Shown here in pieces: positions 25,925 to 38,740 of a stretch of 60,000 nt of DNA. The notes beneath the pieces are model-generated. The model was not told the DNA's origin and did no database searches. It saw nothing but the letters and a program-made list of their open reading frames with translations. The stretch spans positions 32,242,001-32,302,000 of the forward strand of contig CM119372.1 of the NCBI GenBank assembly GCA_051294905.1, written 5' to 3'. Positions within the stretch are counted from its first letter, which is position 1, and each line of letters begins with the position of its first letter. The position numbers were made by a program, and so were the translations under genes. This DNA comes from Botryllus schlosseri (Eukaryota).

Positions 25925-26042
25925 GATCGGCGATGAGGAGCCCAGATGAACCTCCGACACATAGAAACATGGCAGAGCCGTGACTCGAACCACCAATCAT
26001 TGGTGTCGTGACTGCAGTGTTAACCAACTGCGCCACTCGCTT
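25925..26042 (-). mobile_element. tRNA-derived SINE fragment
   Basis: A box TGGCGCAGTTGG, B box GGTTCGAGTC, then GTCGGAGGTTCATCTGGGCTCCTC shared with about 48266-48290. Confidence 0.7.
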
Positions 26043-27105
26043 CCCCAGAAAGCCGAAGTGATGACCTTTTTTTCTGTCGTTACGCACTGTTTTCCGAGGG
26101 ACCGCGCCAGTGAGTTGTTGAGTGTGCGCAGACTCGTGAAAAATTAGAGGGGATATCGAGGGGCAGTATTTGATATTGAAAGCGTATTGCCTTTGGGGAT
26201 TATTTAACGCAATTTTTCAGGGAAATAGCCACAAAATGACGACTTTCAGGATTAAACGAACTTTTGCCTTGTCGGAGCACTACGATGCATATATGGTAGT
26301 AGTGGATGGGAGATGATGAACTAATCTAAAGTCTTATTCACCTCTCCAAACCCAAGATACCCTGTACCAGGCCTGAGCAAAGTGCGACCCGCGGGCCAAA
26401 TTCGGCCAGCGGAGCTATTCTGTACGGCCCGCGAAAGGTTGCTTGAAATTGAAAATATATAACCTACTTTTTAATGTTGCTGTGTATGGACTAAAACCAT
26501 AGGATGTATAAATTGAAGCTGAAATTCGTTTACTATCAAGCCCATTCGTTAACATGCCGCGATTACGCAGCCTATACGTACCTCACATGCCTAATCCAGA
26601 TTCAAAGTAAAGTCAAAGTAGCAAATTATACCGTTACAATTAAAGTCACAAGAAGTAACCAAACCTTCTTTCAGGGATATCTAGACTGTGCGGCCCGCGA
26701 GAGTCTGAAGAAACTTACTAAAATATTGATAAAATGCGTACTAAAAATCGAATTAATGCGGGGACTTGATTAAACTTATTCTTAGTAGGCTATATTTCAC
26801 CATGATAATTCTAAGGCAGTGGGTCTCAACCTGGGGGACCCGTGCCCCTTGAGGTCATGAAAGCATCTGAAGGGGATCGCGACGCTGAGCTCAACTGAAA
26901 AATTTTCTCGCACTCTGCGCGATTTACTTCCAATTCATAATTATAGCTCTGTATTTTAGTATGAATTTCATATTTAAAAATCTCTCATCAATAGTCGTAA
27001 CCTCCCATGCCACCAAACTATCCGTTAGGTTGGCTATAGCATGCTGGTTGCGTTTTGTGATATGACGATAAGGGGGCGCGAAATCTACACATATATAGTA
27101 GAAGC

Positions 27106-27366
27106 GTGTTTAAAGCTAACATGGTTATTATCCCACCCCTAAAACCTCAGATAGTCGGGTTTCTAGGTCCAGAGGACTTCACCGTTACCAGGCAACAGCT
27201 TCAAAGTAAAAAATCTGATATGTGCGCTGATCATTGTATTTCATATTTAATTAAAAGATCTCAAGGTTTTTCAACTGAACAGTATCTAAATTATTTTGGT
27301 GATAAAAAATGTGAGAATGATAAAATTGTTCGTGTTTTTGTAAAGAGCTTGATTACAGGTGCCTAA
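27106..27366 (+). pseudogene. C-terminal fragment of an adenain-like cysteine protease (Polinton/Maverick/adintovirus PRO type)
   Basis: PP....I..FL........QLQSKKSDMCADHCISYLIKRSQGFS....NYF.....NDKIV matches the QLQ..S..CG.C....R..G.S......F.....ND..V pattern; the catalytic His region is absent. Confidence 0.72.
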
Positions 27367-28709
27367 TAAACACATTAAATGTATGCATCTGTGATTCGTG
27401 ATATACTTAACACAGTGAGTCAGTTTTGCGCTGAGCAGTTGTATTTGGTTCGTATTGTGTACGCTCACGGATTGCTTCTAGACCAACCTGTTCCACGGGA
27501 AACAATTCGCGATATAACCACTATAGTGATTCAGTGGACAGGATACCATAGTCATTTGTCCCGCGGAATATGTAGGTCACTACACATTAAAAACACCTGT
27601 TTTCAAAACCGATCGTGGAAAATCAACAATATGCACGATATGCAGTGTAATTAGTTCCACGAAATACACAATGCACGTCCATGAAGCACCACAATGACGC
27701 TTTTCCGAACCTCCATAGGCTGATTTTCGACTGCTAGCTAGCTCAAAATGCTGCGTTTCTGGCTTCGAAATGCAACATTCTTGACTTCCGGTGTTTTACG
27801 CTTCACGAGCGAGCAATTATACTACTAACACATCTCACTCGATCAGCTTTACCTGTAAATGTGATTACGTGAGCAGAGACAGGATTAAAATTGATAGCAA
27901 TATATGCATTTCTCGATGATATTGACCGATTTGATCATGAATTATAGAAAATTTTAGCGCTTCGCGCGTTTAGTTGGAACGCCCACTAAACGAAGACCAG
28001 ACACAGATGATTAGTAGCGGGGGAAAGCGTGCAGCCCGAAGGGGGTCTGGGGGGCGAAGCCCCCCAGAAGTTCGGTTTATCACCCTATGGGGGGCCTGGT
28101 TGCGCACTGTTGTCCAAGGGCCTGCGCAGTGAGTTGGCGTATTTGCGCAGACTCGTGAAAAATTAGAGGGAGCATTGCTTACGGCAGCAGTATTATTGGT
28201 CTGATCCTGGTTAATTCCCCTATCTTCTGCGCGAAGGGCAGGCTCTGTACCAGTACACAGTGGAAGTGTACTCTCGTATCCAGCATGATTTCTTGCTTGA
28301 TATGTCCGATCCTATATTTCAAGCTTTAGATGCGAGGTTAACCCTACAAAATATTTGATAATCGGGCCAAACATAAAGCACGAAAACCAACGATCCAGAC
28401 TCAGAGTTACTAGTAGTTACAATGCCCAACATCTCATTAGGAATCTGTGACGGTGATGGCGAGACTTAACAATAAAGTCCGATATCAGTCTGCATATGGA
28501 AATAGTGAATAGGGGCCTACTTGATGGAATATCACGTTAAGCACGACAATTTGTTTCGGCTTACACAATATATTTTCCCCAAAATATTGATATAGAAAGG
28601 CAACGCATGGTGCGTTTTGGGTAACATTTGAATTATTTTGGACCTTCTCGTAGTCTCATTCAGAATGACTCCAGCTGAAACTCGCCGGAGGCCCTTTACC
28701 TAAATTTCC

Positions 28710-30450
28710 TAATAAATTCATTTTGATTATTCCACGTTGCAAAAAGAACGTGTACTCTTTCGCACCACGTTGGTCATCCACACTGCAATTTTTTCCAACC
28801 GCACAAGTGCATACCATCCAACAAGCTGACAAACACCGAATAAATACCCGCAGTAGGAGGCTGGCCAGGTTCATACCGAGGACACTTCTTGTCATCGGTG
28901 ACCGAAATGGAGTACATTCTCGAGTCGAAATGACATATTGATGTTAGCAAAATTGAAATATTTTTATAAGTGCCACTGGTATTATTTTTGTGGTCGCATC
29001 CAAAGAACATAGTTAGCCACTTCAAATCCATCTTACTGTTGTGACATCATAATAAGTGGTACCAGACTCGGAATCGAATCACTTTGTCTTGTTTCTGTTT
29101 ATTACCTCCGTAAACAATAGCGAATTTCGAATGGAGGAGCTAGGGCGAATTAATAAACCTTTGAAATAACATGTTTCTTGTTATTTTTATTTCCTTCGCA
29201 TGCGGCTGACGATCGAGTGTTGAAAGTTACGCTAAGGTGAACAGAATAAAAAAGTTTGGGAATTACTGAGCTAGCACATGTTCAGCGATGTTGCGATTGT
29301 GGTGATAGAGGTACGCCTAACACAAAATATTTCACACTATGCGAAACAACAATCAGCTTAGTAGTACTAGTTTATTCATATCAAGGACCAATAAGTTGAA
29401 CTAACAGAAATCGATCGTTGTGAGTATGCCAGTCAGGGTTTGGCGAATATAATATGTCGATTCCACTAACTGACACAAACGATATCTTCGAAAATCAGCA
29501 TCAATCATTAGTTAATTACGCGGTACCGCCACCGTTTACGCACCAATCAGTCGCGATTACACGCAAGACATCGACGCTGTCATTACCGCGTACCATAAAT
29601 GAATACGATGAAGCGATCATGAGAAATTAAAAGATAATTACAACACGTTTAGGGGACCTTAGGGGTAACATTTATTGATGAGGTGTAGTGACGGAAGGAT
29701 TAAGCGATCCCATTTATGTTATAATCGTGTCCTATTTATAGGGTAGTGGCATTGACAGATGGGTTCATTCCTCTGAGTATGCATAAGCGGATAAGCAGTG
29801 ACATAATCAATGTTGTTAGACATGGTAAGATATATGTGCAGCGAAGTGAGAATAGTTGAAGCTTGATGTTCTATAGTGAAACGGCACCAAACCGATTTAT
29901 AGAGTTTAACATCATTTTTGTTTTACATTAATTTTAGATACAACATTTCTTTTTACCGCTTTCAGTTTTTGCAGGACACTGCCTGGGAGCACTTAGGAAA
30001 ATTTTGTTTCAACGTAGTTGTGTCGTTCACCTTGATAAAGCGATATCAATCTTCAAGATTATATTACGTGTTAAGTCGCCGTTTCCAATCTCATCAATCA
30101 ATAATACTGTACCACAATTTACGTAAGAATCGCAAATTCCTATTTGATGCAGGTCAAATGGCAAATGGACTCTCTAGAAATTGTTATTATCAATCTAATC
30201 CTGGGCGAGGACTGCCAAAGTGCCGTATTTAAAATATTGCTTTGAACTCGGTTTAAATAAGAAACCATATTCTATGAAAATCCTGGTTTGGAATTCGGAT
30301 AGGTATTGTCTCATACATAATTTAGTACATCGGATTTCAAAGTCGAAATTGTTTCATATACCAGATTTTGTATACATTGTATACTCATTTCGTTGGCACT
30401 GAATCAACGCGTTCACTGCAATAGATCAGTCCATGGTTTTCTTGTGACAA
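28710..30450 (+). repeat. Old duplicated segment, copy B, uninterrupted by the nest
   Basis: Collinear with 12700-12890 plus 17540-19330. Confidence 0.88.
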
Positions 30451-32299
30451 ATCATGGATTGCACAACTGCATGGATAATTAGTTGATAAAAGCAGTGAAT
30501 CTCAACCTTTTTGACAGCGCGGACCGGCCAAACTTTAAAAGAAACGTTGCGGAGCAGTCAATATTGAAAAACCCACATCCTCTCAAAATTTAATTGCGAT
30601 AAATGGATGCAACTTAAATGTAATATTGGAAACTTCCCTTAATGGTGGCATAGGTGTCTTTTTGATACTAGATATTTATATGTAGTTCTATTGAAGTTTC
30701 TGAAAGGCGAAGCTCACGAAGTCCTGATAAAGACCACTAACTTGATTGTGGTATTTTGGCATCCTTCGAAAGAAATGCGACTTTGCGATTTACTATAGCC
30801 CACATGCTACATTTTTGCGTAATATTAGGGTTATGGTGGTCCTTTTCGTGTAGTCCCATTCAGAATGACTTCAGCTGAAACTCACCGGACGATGTTTTAA
30901 ATTAGAATCCCATTCCCTGGCCAAACAGCATTCGAAGTATCTCTCTTCTCTGACCCGGCATACAAAGGTTGTACGAATACGAACCTGCTTTAGAGGACAG
31001 CATACAGTTTTACAGTCCTAAATATCTCGTTGATCCTTTAAAATGTAACCTGTCTACAGATTATGGAAAGTGACCTGGTGTTGCGTAAGACGCAGAAGAA
31101 ACAGAAGAGGGCGATATCAGAGACGTCGTCGATTGTCAACATCATCATCATCATCTTCTTCTTCAGATGGTATTGTTACACGCCTTTACACGTTTTATTC
31201 ATTTCCCTCACACTACCCATAGCGTAATGGTATGTCAATAGACCATTACCACCATCATCGTCACACAGAACACCAGTCTGGTAATTATGGTACTAAGGCT
31301 TTGCACCTCGGAAAAGATTCTGTAATTTAAGGTTGCTTTAAAACAAAAATTAATTTAAAACAAACACGTTCAAAACAAGGCCCGTTTAAAACATGTTTAT
31401 TTTTAAGCCATGATGTCACGAAAATTCGATTGTGACGTCATGGGTTTGACGTGGACGATTGAAAATATAGGGTAAATATAGCTCTTTTGACGAAATATAT
31501 GTGATATTTCTGTTGAATCGACTATTTTGAGAATTCCAACCATCCGATGTTGATATACGTTGGCTATAGCGGGTGGTAATTGTCTGTATGCTCATACAAC
31601 ATGTTTTTTGGAAAGTATTTACGCAATTATGACATAATTTCACAACTTATAAAAAACACAATGTTTCTAAAAAGGCCTTTGTTTAAAACACTGTTTAAAA
31701 CTTGTTTCTGAACCACACAAGACAAATCCCATCCCGCAGGGAAAAATCATTTGTCAGTCAAGAAGAACAATTTGAAATCGTGTGCGTGTTTTAGTTTAGT
31801 ACGTTTGGGCGATTTCCATATCTTTCGACATAGCAGGCAGGAGGTCACGAAATAACATCATGTAACGAAGTCATTATTCCAACGGGCACGCCCAAACATT
31901 TTCATTATTATTTACATGCCCTACATTTTCTAAGACAACACCTCACCTTACATTGGCAGAGAGAGTACAACAAGCCTCGCTCACAAGTAGCGTTGAAATC
32001 TTATATCCTGATGGAAGCTCTGGGAGCCCAAGACCCACGTTTTTTTAGGGAGGGGGCTGACGAAGTGCTGTTTCGGCCCTGTTTATACATATGAATAATC
32101 ATAATCAGTAATCACCATACTGGTAGAGGTTCGGGTCAACGCTACAGGTACTGTGTGCTGTGCCTTCTGATCAGATGGGGAATTCATGTAGATGCTGCAT
32201 ATACGCATCATAGGTTTTCCACGTGCTATCTAAAGAAATGATGTGACGGGAATATGAAGTACGAGCCGAGAAACAGGGTCGAGAAAGTTCAAATAAAGA

Positions 32300-32502
32300 T
32301 ATAATGCTAGTAATTGCGTAACGGATTAAGCAGCGGAGACTCGCAACCGCGCCACAATAAAAATATATTTATTCAACTGGTGTGGAATGGGGAGTGTTGG
32401 AATTTTCGTTTAGTAGCAGTTCCATTACGGTGGATTTCTCAAAAAACTGGTTGTGGCTAAAAAATTTCACCCGATTTTATCTTTCATTTGAGACCACATC
32501 AT
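32300..32502 (-). pseudogene. Decayed paralogue of the N-terminus of the 9960-11002 gene
   Basis: MMWSQMKDKIG*NF/SHNQFFEKSTVMEL against MMWSQ/LKGKTKKNFVRSRFLQNATVTEL; shared TTTGAGACCACATCAT. Confidence 0.55.
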
Positions 32503-34501
32503 ATTTACTATTTAGAGCGCAGTGCCCATTTAATATCAGTTGGCGAGTCCAGCATGCTTTCTTGTTTGTTTCATCTCCTTCGTATACCCGTATATCATGT
32601 TACCACGGAACGGCCGAGAACGTAACGGATTGCCTCAGCTATTCAGAAAGTTGTTACTAATGTTGCTATCCGGTTTTGTAAATATCATGTTTCAAATTCC
32701 TAACCTGTTTAATCCACATTTGTTATTGCTGCCCCACAGGTAAACGTGTAAATCCTCACTATAAATAAGTGGAAACAATAATATTCGACACATGGCAAAG
32801 CTTCTGAAAATAGAGCGACAGAAATTCTGACTGCAACGCAGCGTTCTGTCGTAGGATACATATATAACACAATCCATTCGTAATTTCACTCGGAGGTAAC
32901 ATACAATGTATCCAAATCAACTTTCTTCTTCTCATACCGAATGTAGACGTGAGGGTACTCGGTGTAGTTTCCTGGTCTCACTGTATGAATATAGGCAGCA
33001 CAAGTACAGGCAATATATATGCCAGCGGTTCTAATTCATTAGCAAGTTATATGCCATGGTTGTCTTATGAGTTTCCACGTAATTTACCACAGTTTACAAC
33101 AGGCATGGGCAAAGTGCGGCCCGCGAAGCTATTCTGTGCGGCCCGCGAAAGGCTGCTTGAAATTCAAAATATAAAACTTACTTTTTAATGTTGCTGCGTG
33201 GATCAAAACCTTGGGATGTATATACTGAACCGCAAATCCGTTTACTAGCAAGCCTCTTCATTAACATGCCGTGCTTACGCAACCCATACGTACCTCACAA
33301 GCGTAATCCAGATTCGAAATAAAGTCATATAATGCAGCAAATTGTGCCGTTACAATTATAGTCACAAAAAGTCACCAAAACCCTCTCTATTGCCATTGCC
33401 ACATTACGCATTACACGATATATGTTTCAAATTGTTGCGTGATGCGTTCCAAGTCCCTAATTCGTAAAACAATTCAATCAGTGCCCGTGATTTCTATGAG
33501 TCATCATCACCCATAAAGGATGTCAAAAAAAGCGGAAATTTTAAATTCAAAGAAAGTTTCGGAAGAATAAATATTTGTTTACTGGAGTCAGGGGTAAACC
33601 AGTCCTTTTAGTAGTTAGTGCCTAGAAGGTCGCCGTGTTTAAGGAGTATAATAAAAGTAGGTTCTATGATAAAAACACGAAGACATACACTCGACAAAGG
33701 GACGGCGAATTTCGGAAGAATTGCATACTTGGCTTAACAACAAGGCCAATTCACCCAGCTACACACTTCTCGGAATCCAGCGACTAAGACAATAAGCTTT
33801 ATAGTATCTCAAGGACCGTAACTGCCGCACCACAAACCCCCAAATTGGGATCGGACGAGCTCGAATGGGGCTAAAAATTATTTCGTGATTGAATATAAAT
33901 TATAGAGTATTTATTTGAAAATCTATTCAACTTTTTTCAGATTTTTCTCGCCATACGTGCGATTTAGCGATTAATGGATTATAGAATTGGGCATTTTGGC
34001 GTCAGCCATTACCGTGACGATGCACGACGCACCAAGACGTATGAAGTTTTGCAAGAAAAGGACTGCCCTTATGTTGACCGAAAACCACGATGTCCAATTG
34101 TCCATAAGCAATATTTGGCAGTAAAGAAATACCAATTTGGAATCGTGCGGGTCTTTAATTTAGTACGCTTTGGCGATACAAAAAAAATCGCTCAGAAGTA
34201 GTGTTAAAACATACATCCCGATGGAGGTTTGGTCTGGGGGCAACTTTGTTTTGGGGGCAGACGAAGTGCTGTTTCGACCATCCCAAATACATTTTAATGT
34301 ATTGATATAAAATCGTGGATAAGGGTTAAAAGAAAGTTCAAAATGTATCATGATTAACATTGTTTCGAAATATGACGGCGAATAAATATTTTATTGGTAA
34401 TTAACAGTCACTCCCTCATTCCCCAATATCAACACATCCACTGAGCACCATTTAGTGTAATTCACTGCTTTCAATTTGCAAATATAATCAATACCTTAGA
34501 G

Positions 34502-36686
34502 CAGGGGTTCTCAACCCGCGGCCCGCGGGCCGCATGCGGCCCGCAGACGATTCATTTGCGGCCCGCGACTCCTTTTGATATAATCACTACTGGCCCCGTA
34601 TTGTTATGGAAGACCGATGTGTCACATTTGTCGAAGAATAGTTGTTGTAACAAAGCCTAGAAGCTTGAAATGACAGCATCTGGAGTTATACATATCAAAC
34701 GTTGCTAGCTTGGTTTCAAGCCCAGCAATCCATACTTCGAATCATTTTTAAAATTGCTGACGACGTGACAGACGCATTGAACAAAATTGCTTGGAATATC
34801 GCTAAACCCAAGAATCTGCTAGAGAAGGTATGACTTCAATAAAACTTTAACGTACTGTGCGAATATTCGCTGTTTCTGGAACTTAGCAAAAAGTCCCACA
34901 TCACCTGACAAATTTCGAAGCTACAGTTGTCTGATTCAGCAATCACCAGAAGAGTAATAGCGATCCCAGTCGATATTTTATCGCATGCTCTGTAACAGGT
35001 TGGCACGTAGACTACTTTAGCCTAACATTGGACCTATCCATCGATGCACACAGTGCACACACATTGCATAGCTAATTATCCTGGTGCTTTTTATAGGAAT
35101 GGTCATGGGCATATTTTCAGAGGAAATGCTGACGGGGCAAACGTGGGAAGGGGACCATGACATCAATTTGACAAAGCTGACTTCCATAACTATTGGTGTA
35201 GGGCTCCAGCCATGGAAGGAAAGGCGAAGAGTTGATTGATTTGCTCAGAAATGACCACTAACGTCTCAATTCTTCTCATATCACTGAGAGCTCAAAGTGA
35301 TAATGACCTCAGTAACGAAAAATTCACCGTAATTTTATACTTGCTCGCTCACGCATTGAAACAGAGAGTTCGGTTCTCTGGGGGTGGAAGGGTTTGAGGG
35401 TTTGCATATACTATAATACCGACATGGCAACGAATGGAATGTACGCTCCATGAAGGGATTTACTTAGGCCACTTGAAGATCGATATTCTCACAAAAAAAC
35501 AGCACCTGCAAACCTACGAACGCTCTCCATTAATGCTTTAGAATGAATAAAAATGCACTAAATGCTAGGGATGGTGTGAACCTCTGAAAGGTTCGGGTTC
35601 GTGTGAACGCGAACCTTTTTGAAAGGTTCTGTGTGAACGCGAACGTGAACCTCGTGACGTCATATTGCTAATTCCAACCCTACATTTCAGTGAAGTGATA
35701 GCCTTGCAATACCTAGCGACGATTCGGGCCACATAATGCCACAATGCTGAAATACCTATTGATGTTTTAAACGTCTACAGATGTATCAACTGGGGCAATC
35801 AATTGATATAATCATCCCAGAAAATCAATATCTTGCGTCCCTTTGCCACAATTTCGATGAGAACTTGCATGGGAATATAAGCTTACGCCTTGACGGTCAA
35901 GGTCAGACCGGACAATGTATTCGGCGTCCCGAGTATAGCTAAGTTGATATTGAGCAGAGTGTAAAACGGGTTTCCCTACTTGCTACCGATATTACCCCTT
36001 TAACAAGTTATACAGCAGTAGCCAACACCCCAATCCATGGAGTTGGTTTTTATGATACAATAAACATATGAAATCGAGATTGACCCCGTACGCCTGCTAG
36101 ATTTTTTTACATCAGACAACGATATCAATTTCATTGATTGGTTGGATAAGAGTCATTCGCTGACTACCTACATGTAGTATTTCGCTCTGTATGTTGTGTG
36201 ATTGCGGGTCAAGCTCACAGCAGAGATGAGTCACTAAATATTCGCAAACGGAAAGCTCGATATTTCGAGCAAACAATTGTAACAAAGCAAGTAAAATGTT
36301 TGAGATTGTCAAGGTACATGCTCGTTTAGTGTTGATTTTTATGCTGCCAGCGCCATGCATATACCGGGCCCGCAGTTGAAATGCAATAAATTTCAATCAA
36401 AGATGCCATAATAAAATGAAAATTGTAATATATGAAAAAGGTTCACGGTGCAGAACCTACCAAGGTTCGTTTGTGAACGTGAACCTCTAAATATCTGAGG
36501 TTCACACACAGAACACGAACGTGAACCTCACGTTCACACCATCCCTACTAAATGCCCGAATAAGACTGATAAATAGACCTAAATTTAATAGTAGCTCACA
36601 AATACATGGTGATAATGTTCTGCGGCCCGCAGCGTGTCTTAGTGTGAAAATGCGGCCCGTTATACGAGGGAAGTTGAGAACCCCTG
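34502..36686 (+). mobile_element. Buster-type hAT deletion derivative
   Basis: TIR CAGGGGTTCTCAAC; perfect TSD CCTTAGAG; decayed YFSLTLDLSID and KLTSIT../APAMEG DDE remnants. Confidence 0.88.
35566..36547. mobile_element. 982-bp hAT MITE with GTGAAC/GTTCAC repeats
   Basis: TIR TAGGGATGGTGTGAAC; perfect TSD CTAAATGC; relatives at 42989 and about 55022. Confidence 0.92.
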
Positions 36687-37935
36687 CCTTAGAGAGTACA
36701 GATAAAATTTCTGATTTGGCCCGCCAACATATTGTCGGCTTCTCATTTGGCCCTCGGAGAAAAAAAATTGCCCATCCCTGGTCTACAAGTATCTCGGCTA
36801 TAGTCGCTACTGTAGTAACGACTCGTGAGACCTCCTCTATTCTGTCTGATCAGTCTCGATTCAGGATAGAATAACTAAGTGCATGACGACATAGGAACAT
36901 GACGTCACACTTACAACCGCTCGTAACCGCCAATGTATTCGCGGGCTCCTAAAACTCCTGTCTCGTGTTTCAGTGGCTCGCTTTTCCTCCTCCGACGATG
37001 CGAAGCTGTTGGATAGCGGGGATAAATCCGACACGAGCGGAAGGGACTCAGATTCGAGCAGAAAAGATACACAATTCCCGACTTACAGATGGAGGAATTG
37101 ATTATTGAATTAGAGAAAACAATTATGCTTATGGAAAAGAGTGATGAATGTGCAGTGGAACACTATGCTGACTATAGGCGTTGCTCCTAATTCATGGTAT
37201 TTTGTCGCTAGAAATAATATATTTGTTCATTGATGCAAGCACAGTTCAAACCGCGACTCCTATTTCAGAGTATTACATTCAAATCGATCTTTTTTGACTT
37301 TTCTTTGTTCGGAGCAAGGCCGATACCTCCTTCAAGGGTAATCTTGAAAGATTACAGAGCCCGAACCATAATTTAATTGATATATTCGCGATCAGTGACA
37401 GAAGCTTCCGTTTAACACCGGTTTTGACAGGTTTTTCTCTCGTGTCCCCAGTTGTGAAACCACCATATCAGCACACGGAGAGACCAGAAATTATTCCAGT
37501 GACAGGCGATATTTTACAACACACAATTTTGTGAGCGATATAGAGCGAGTATATTACTTATCCTTACGGCTGCGCAAAATCGATCACCTGAGGTATTTGA
37601 TTCCAAACGAGTACTATTTAGGCTTTAAGTTGAGTATTCGAGTATCACTCATTATGACGTCATATGAGTGTGGAATATGTGGAAATTTTAATGCGTATCT
37701 TTAATGCGATCACCAAAAAAATGAAACATGAATATTTCATTGCACTTTGTTACAATTACCTCTGTGGATTGATACTATTTAACAGAAATTTCGTTCTCAA
37801 TATCATGCACAGCTTTTTATTTTTGGAGTAGCGAAATTATAATAACATGGACGGTGTAAGTCTTTGTGGAGAGGGTGTGTATTATCAGTGCTCGAAAAAT
37901 ACGTGTTCGCTACTGGACTCGGATCCATAAGACTC

Positions 37936-38440
37936 AGGGTGGTAATGACTCGACTCGCGTCGGACTCGAGTCGCGATTTTTTTTGCTGACTCGACTTGAC
38001 TAGAGTCATTTTTTCAAATGCGTAAAATGTCTCGACTCGAGTCAATTTTTGCGTTGATTCGGCTTTTACTCGATTCATTGTGATTGACGCGAACCAAGTC
38101 ATATGACTCGAGACTAGTGCGGTCAAGACAGACATTTCATTGTCACTTCGAAGAATAGTAAAGTGAACACATTTTTGGTATTTCGTCTGTCAGTCCCCAT
38201 ACCTTGAAAATAGGGTTAAACTGCTACAACTGAGGAAAATTACAATATTATGAATGCGAGCAGTTCTATATCACACGAGTAGAGTTGAGGAAGCAAGTGA
38301 AACTGGATTGAACTGAAAAATGAACAATGAACATAATGACTTGGCTCGGACTCGAGTCCCAACACTATGACTCGGACTCGACCATCTACGCCTCTACTAG
38401 CCGACTCGGACTTGCCTCGGTGTCATTCTGAAGCTCCATA
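37936..38440. mobile_element. Degenerate GACTCGAGTC-repeat MITE just downstream of the SLCO stop
   Basis: CAGGGTGGTAATGACTCG start and many GACTCG repeats; right end and TSD not resolved. Confidence 0.6.
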
Positions 38441-38537
38441 CCTGGTCCCAGATATTTCGAGTTGCACATGTGACGACAGTCTATAGTTTAATGATGGAAT
38501 AAATAGATCGTTCTCGACATAACTTCAATGGAACACA

Positions 38538-38740
38538 TTAGAGTTTAGTAACGGGCTCGTCCTGGTCATCATCATCTAGACCACGATTAACGTAAGCGGA
38601 AGTTACGTCGTCGGTTTTGTCGATTTTTTCCTCGTATGAGAGTGTGATGTCCACTTCATCATTATCGTGGCTTTTTATCGGAATATAGAAATAGTTGGCG
38701 GACGCGAAGAATACGATTGACAAGAATTTTCCTGCGATAC
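38538..38740 (-). CDS. SLCO last coding exon ([12 protein letters not shown]...EPVTKL*)
   Basis: Last transmembrane segment, acidic tail, class I PDZ-type end TKL; acag| acceptor. Confidence 0.9.

Larger units (their letters stand above)
25631..28177. mobile_element. hAT-type macro-element with a duplicated right end and captured cargo
   Basis: TIR CAATGYTCCCTYTAA, perfect TSD CTTACGGC; an extra internal right end at 26108-26158. Confidence 0.87.
33100..36780 (+). mobile_element. Buster/GTF2IRD2-type hAT remnant, outer level of a three-level nest
   Basis: TIR CAGG(C/G)ATGGGCAA; TSD GTTTACAA/GTCTACAA; decayed KYLFTGVRGKP..VAVFKEYN near 33570-33660. Confidence 0.82.

Noticed and set aside
28030..28075. 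GC-rich hairpin GGGGGTCTGGGGGGCGAAGCCCCCCAG (similar at about 42560)
   Set aside because: A common motif inside dispersed repeats; no evidence for a terminator or ribozyme role
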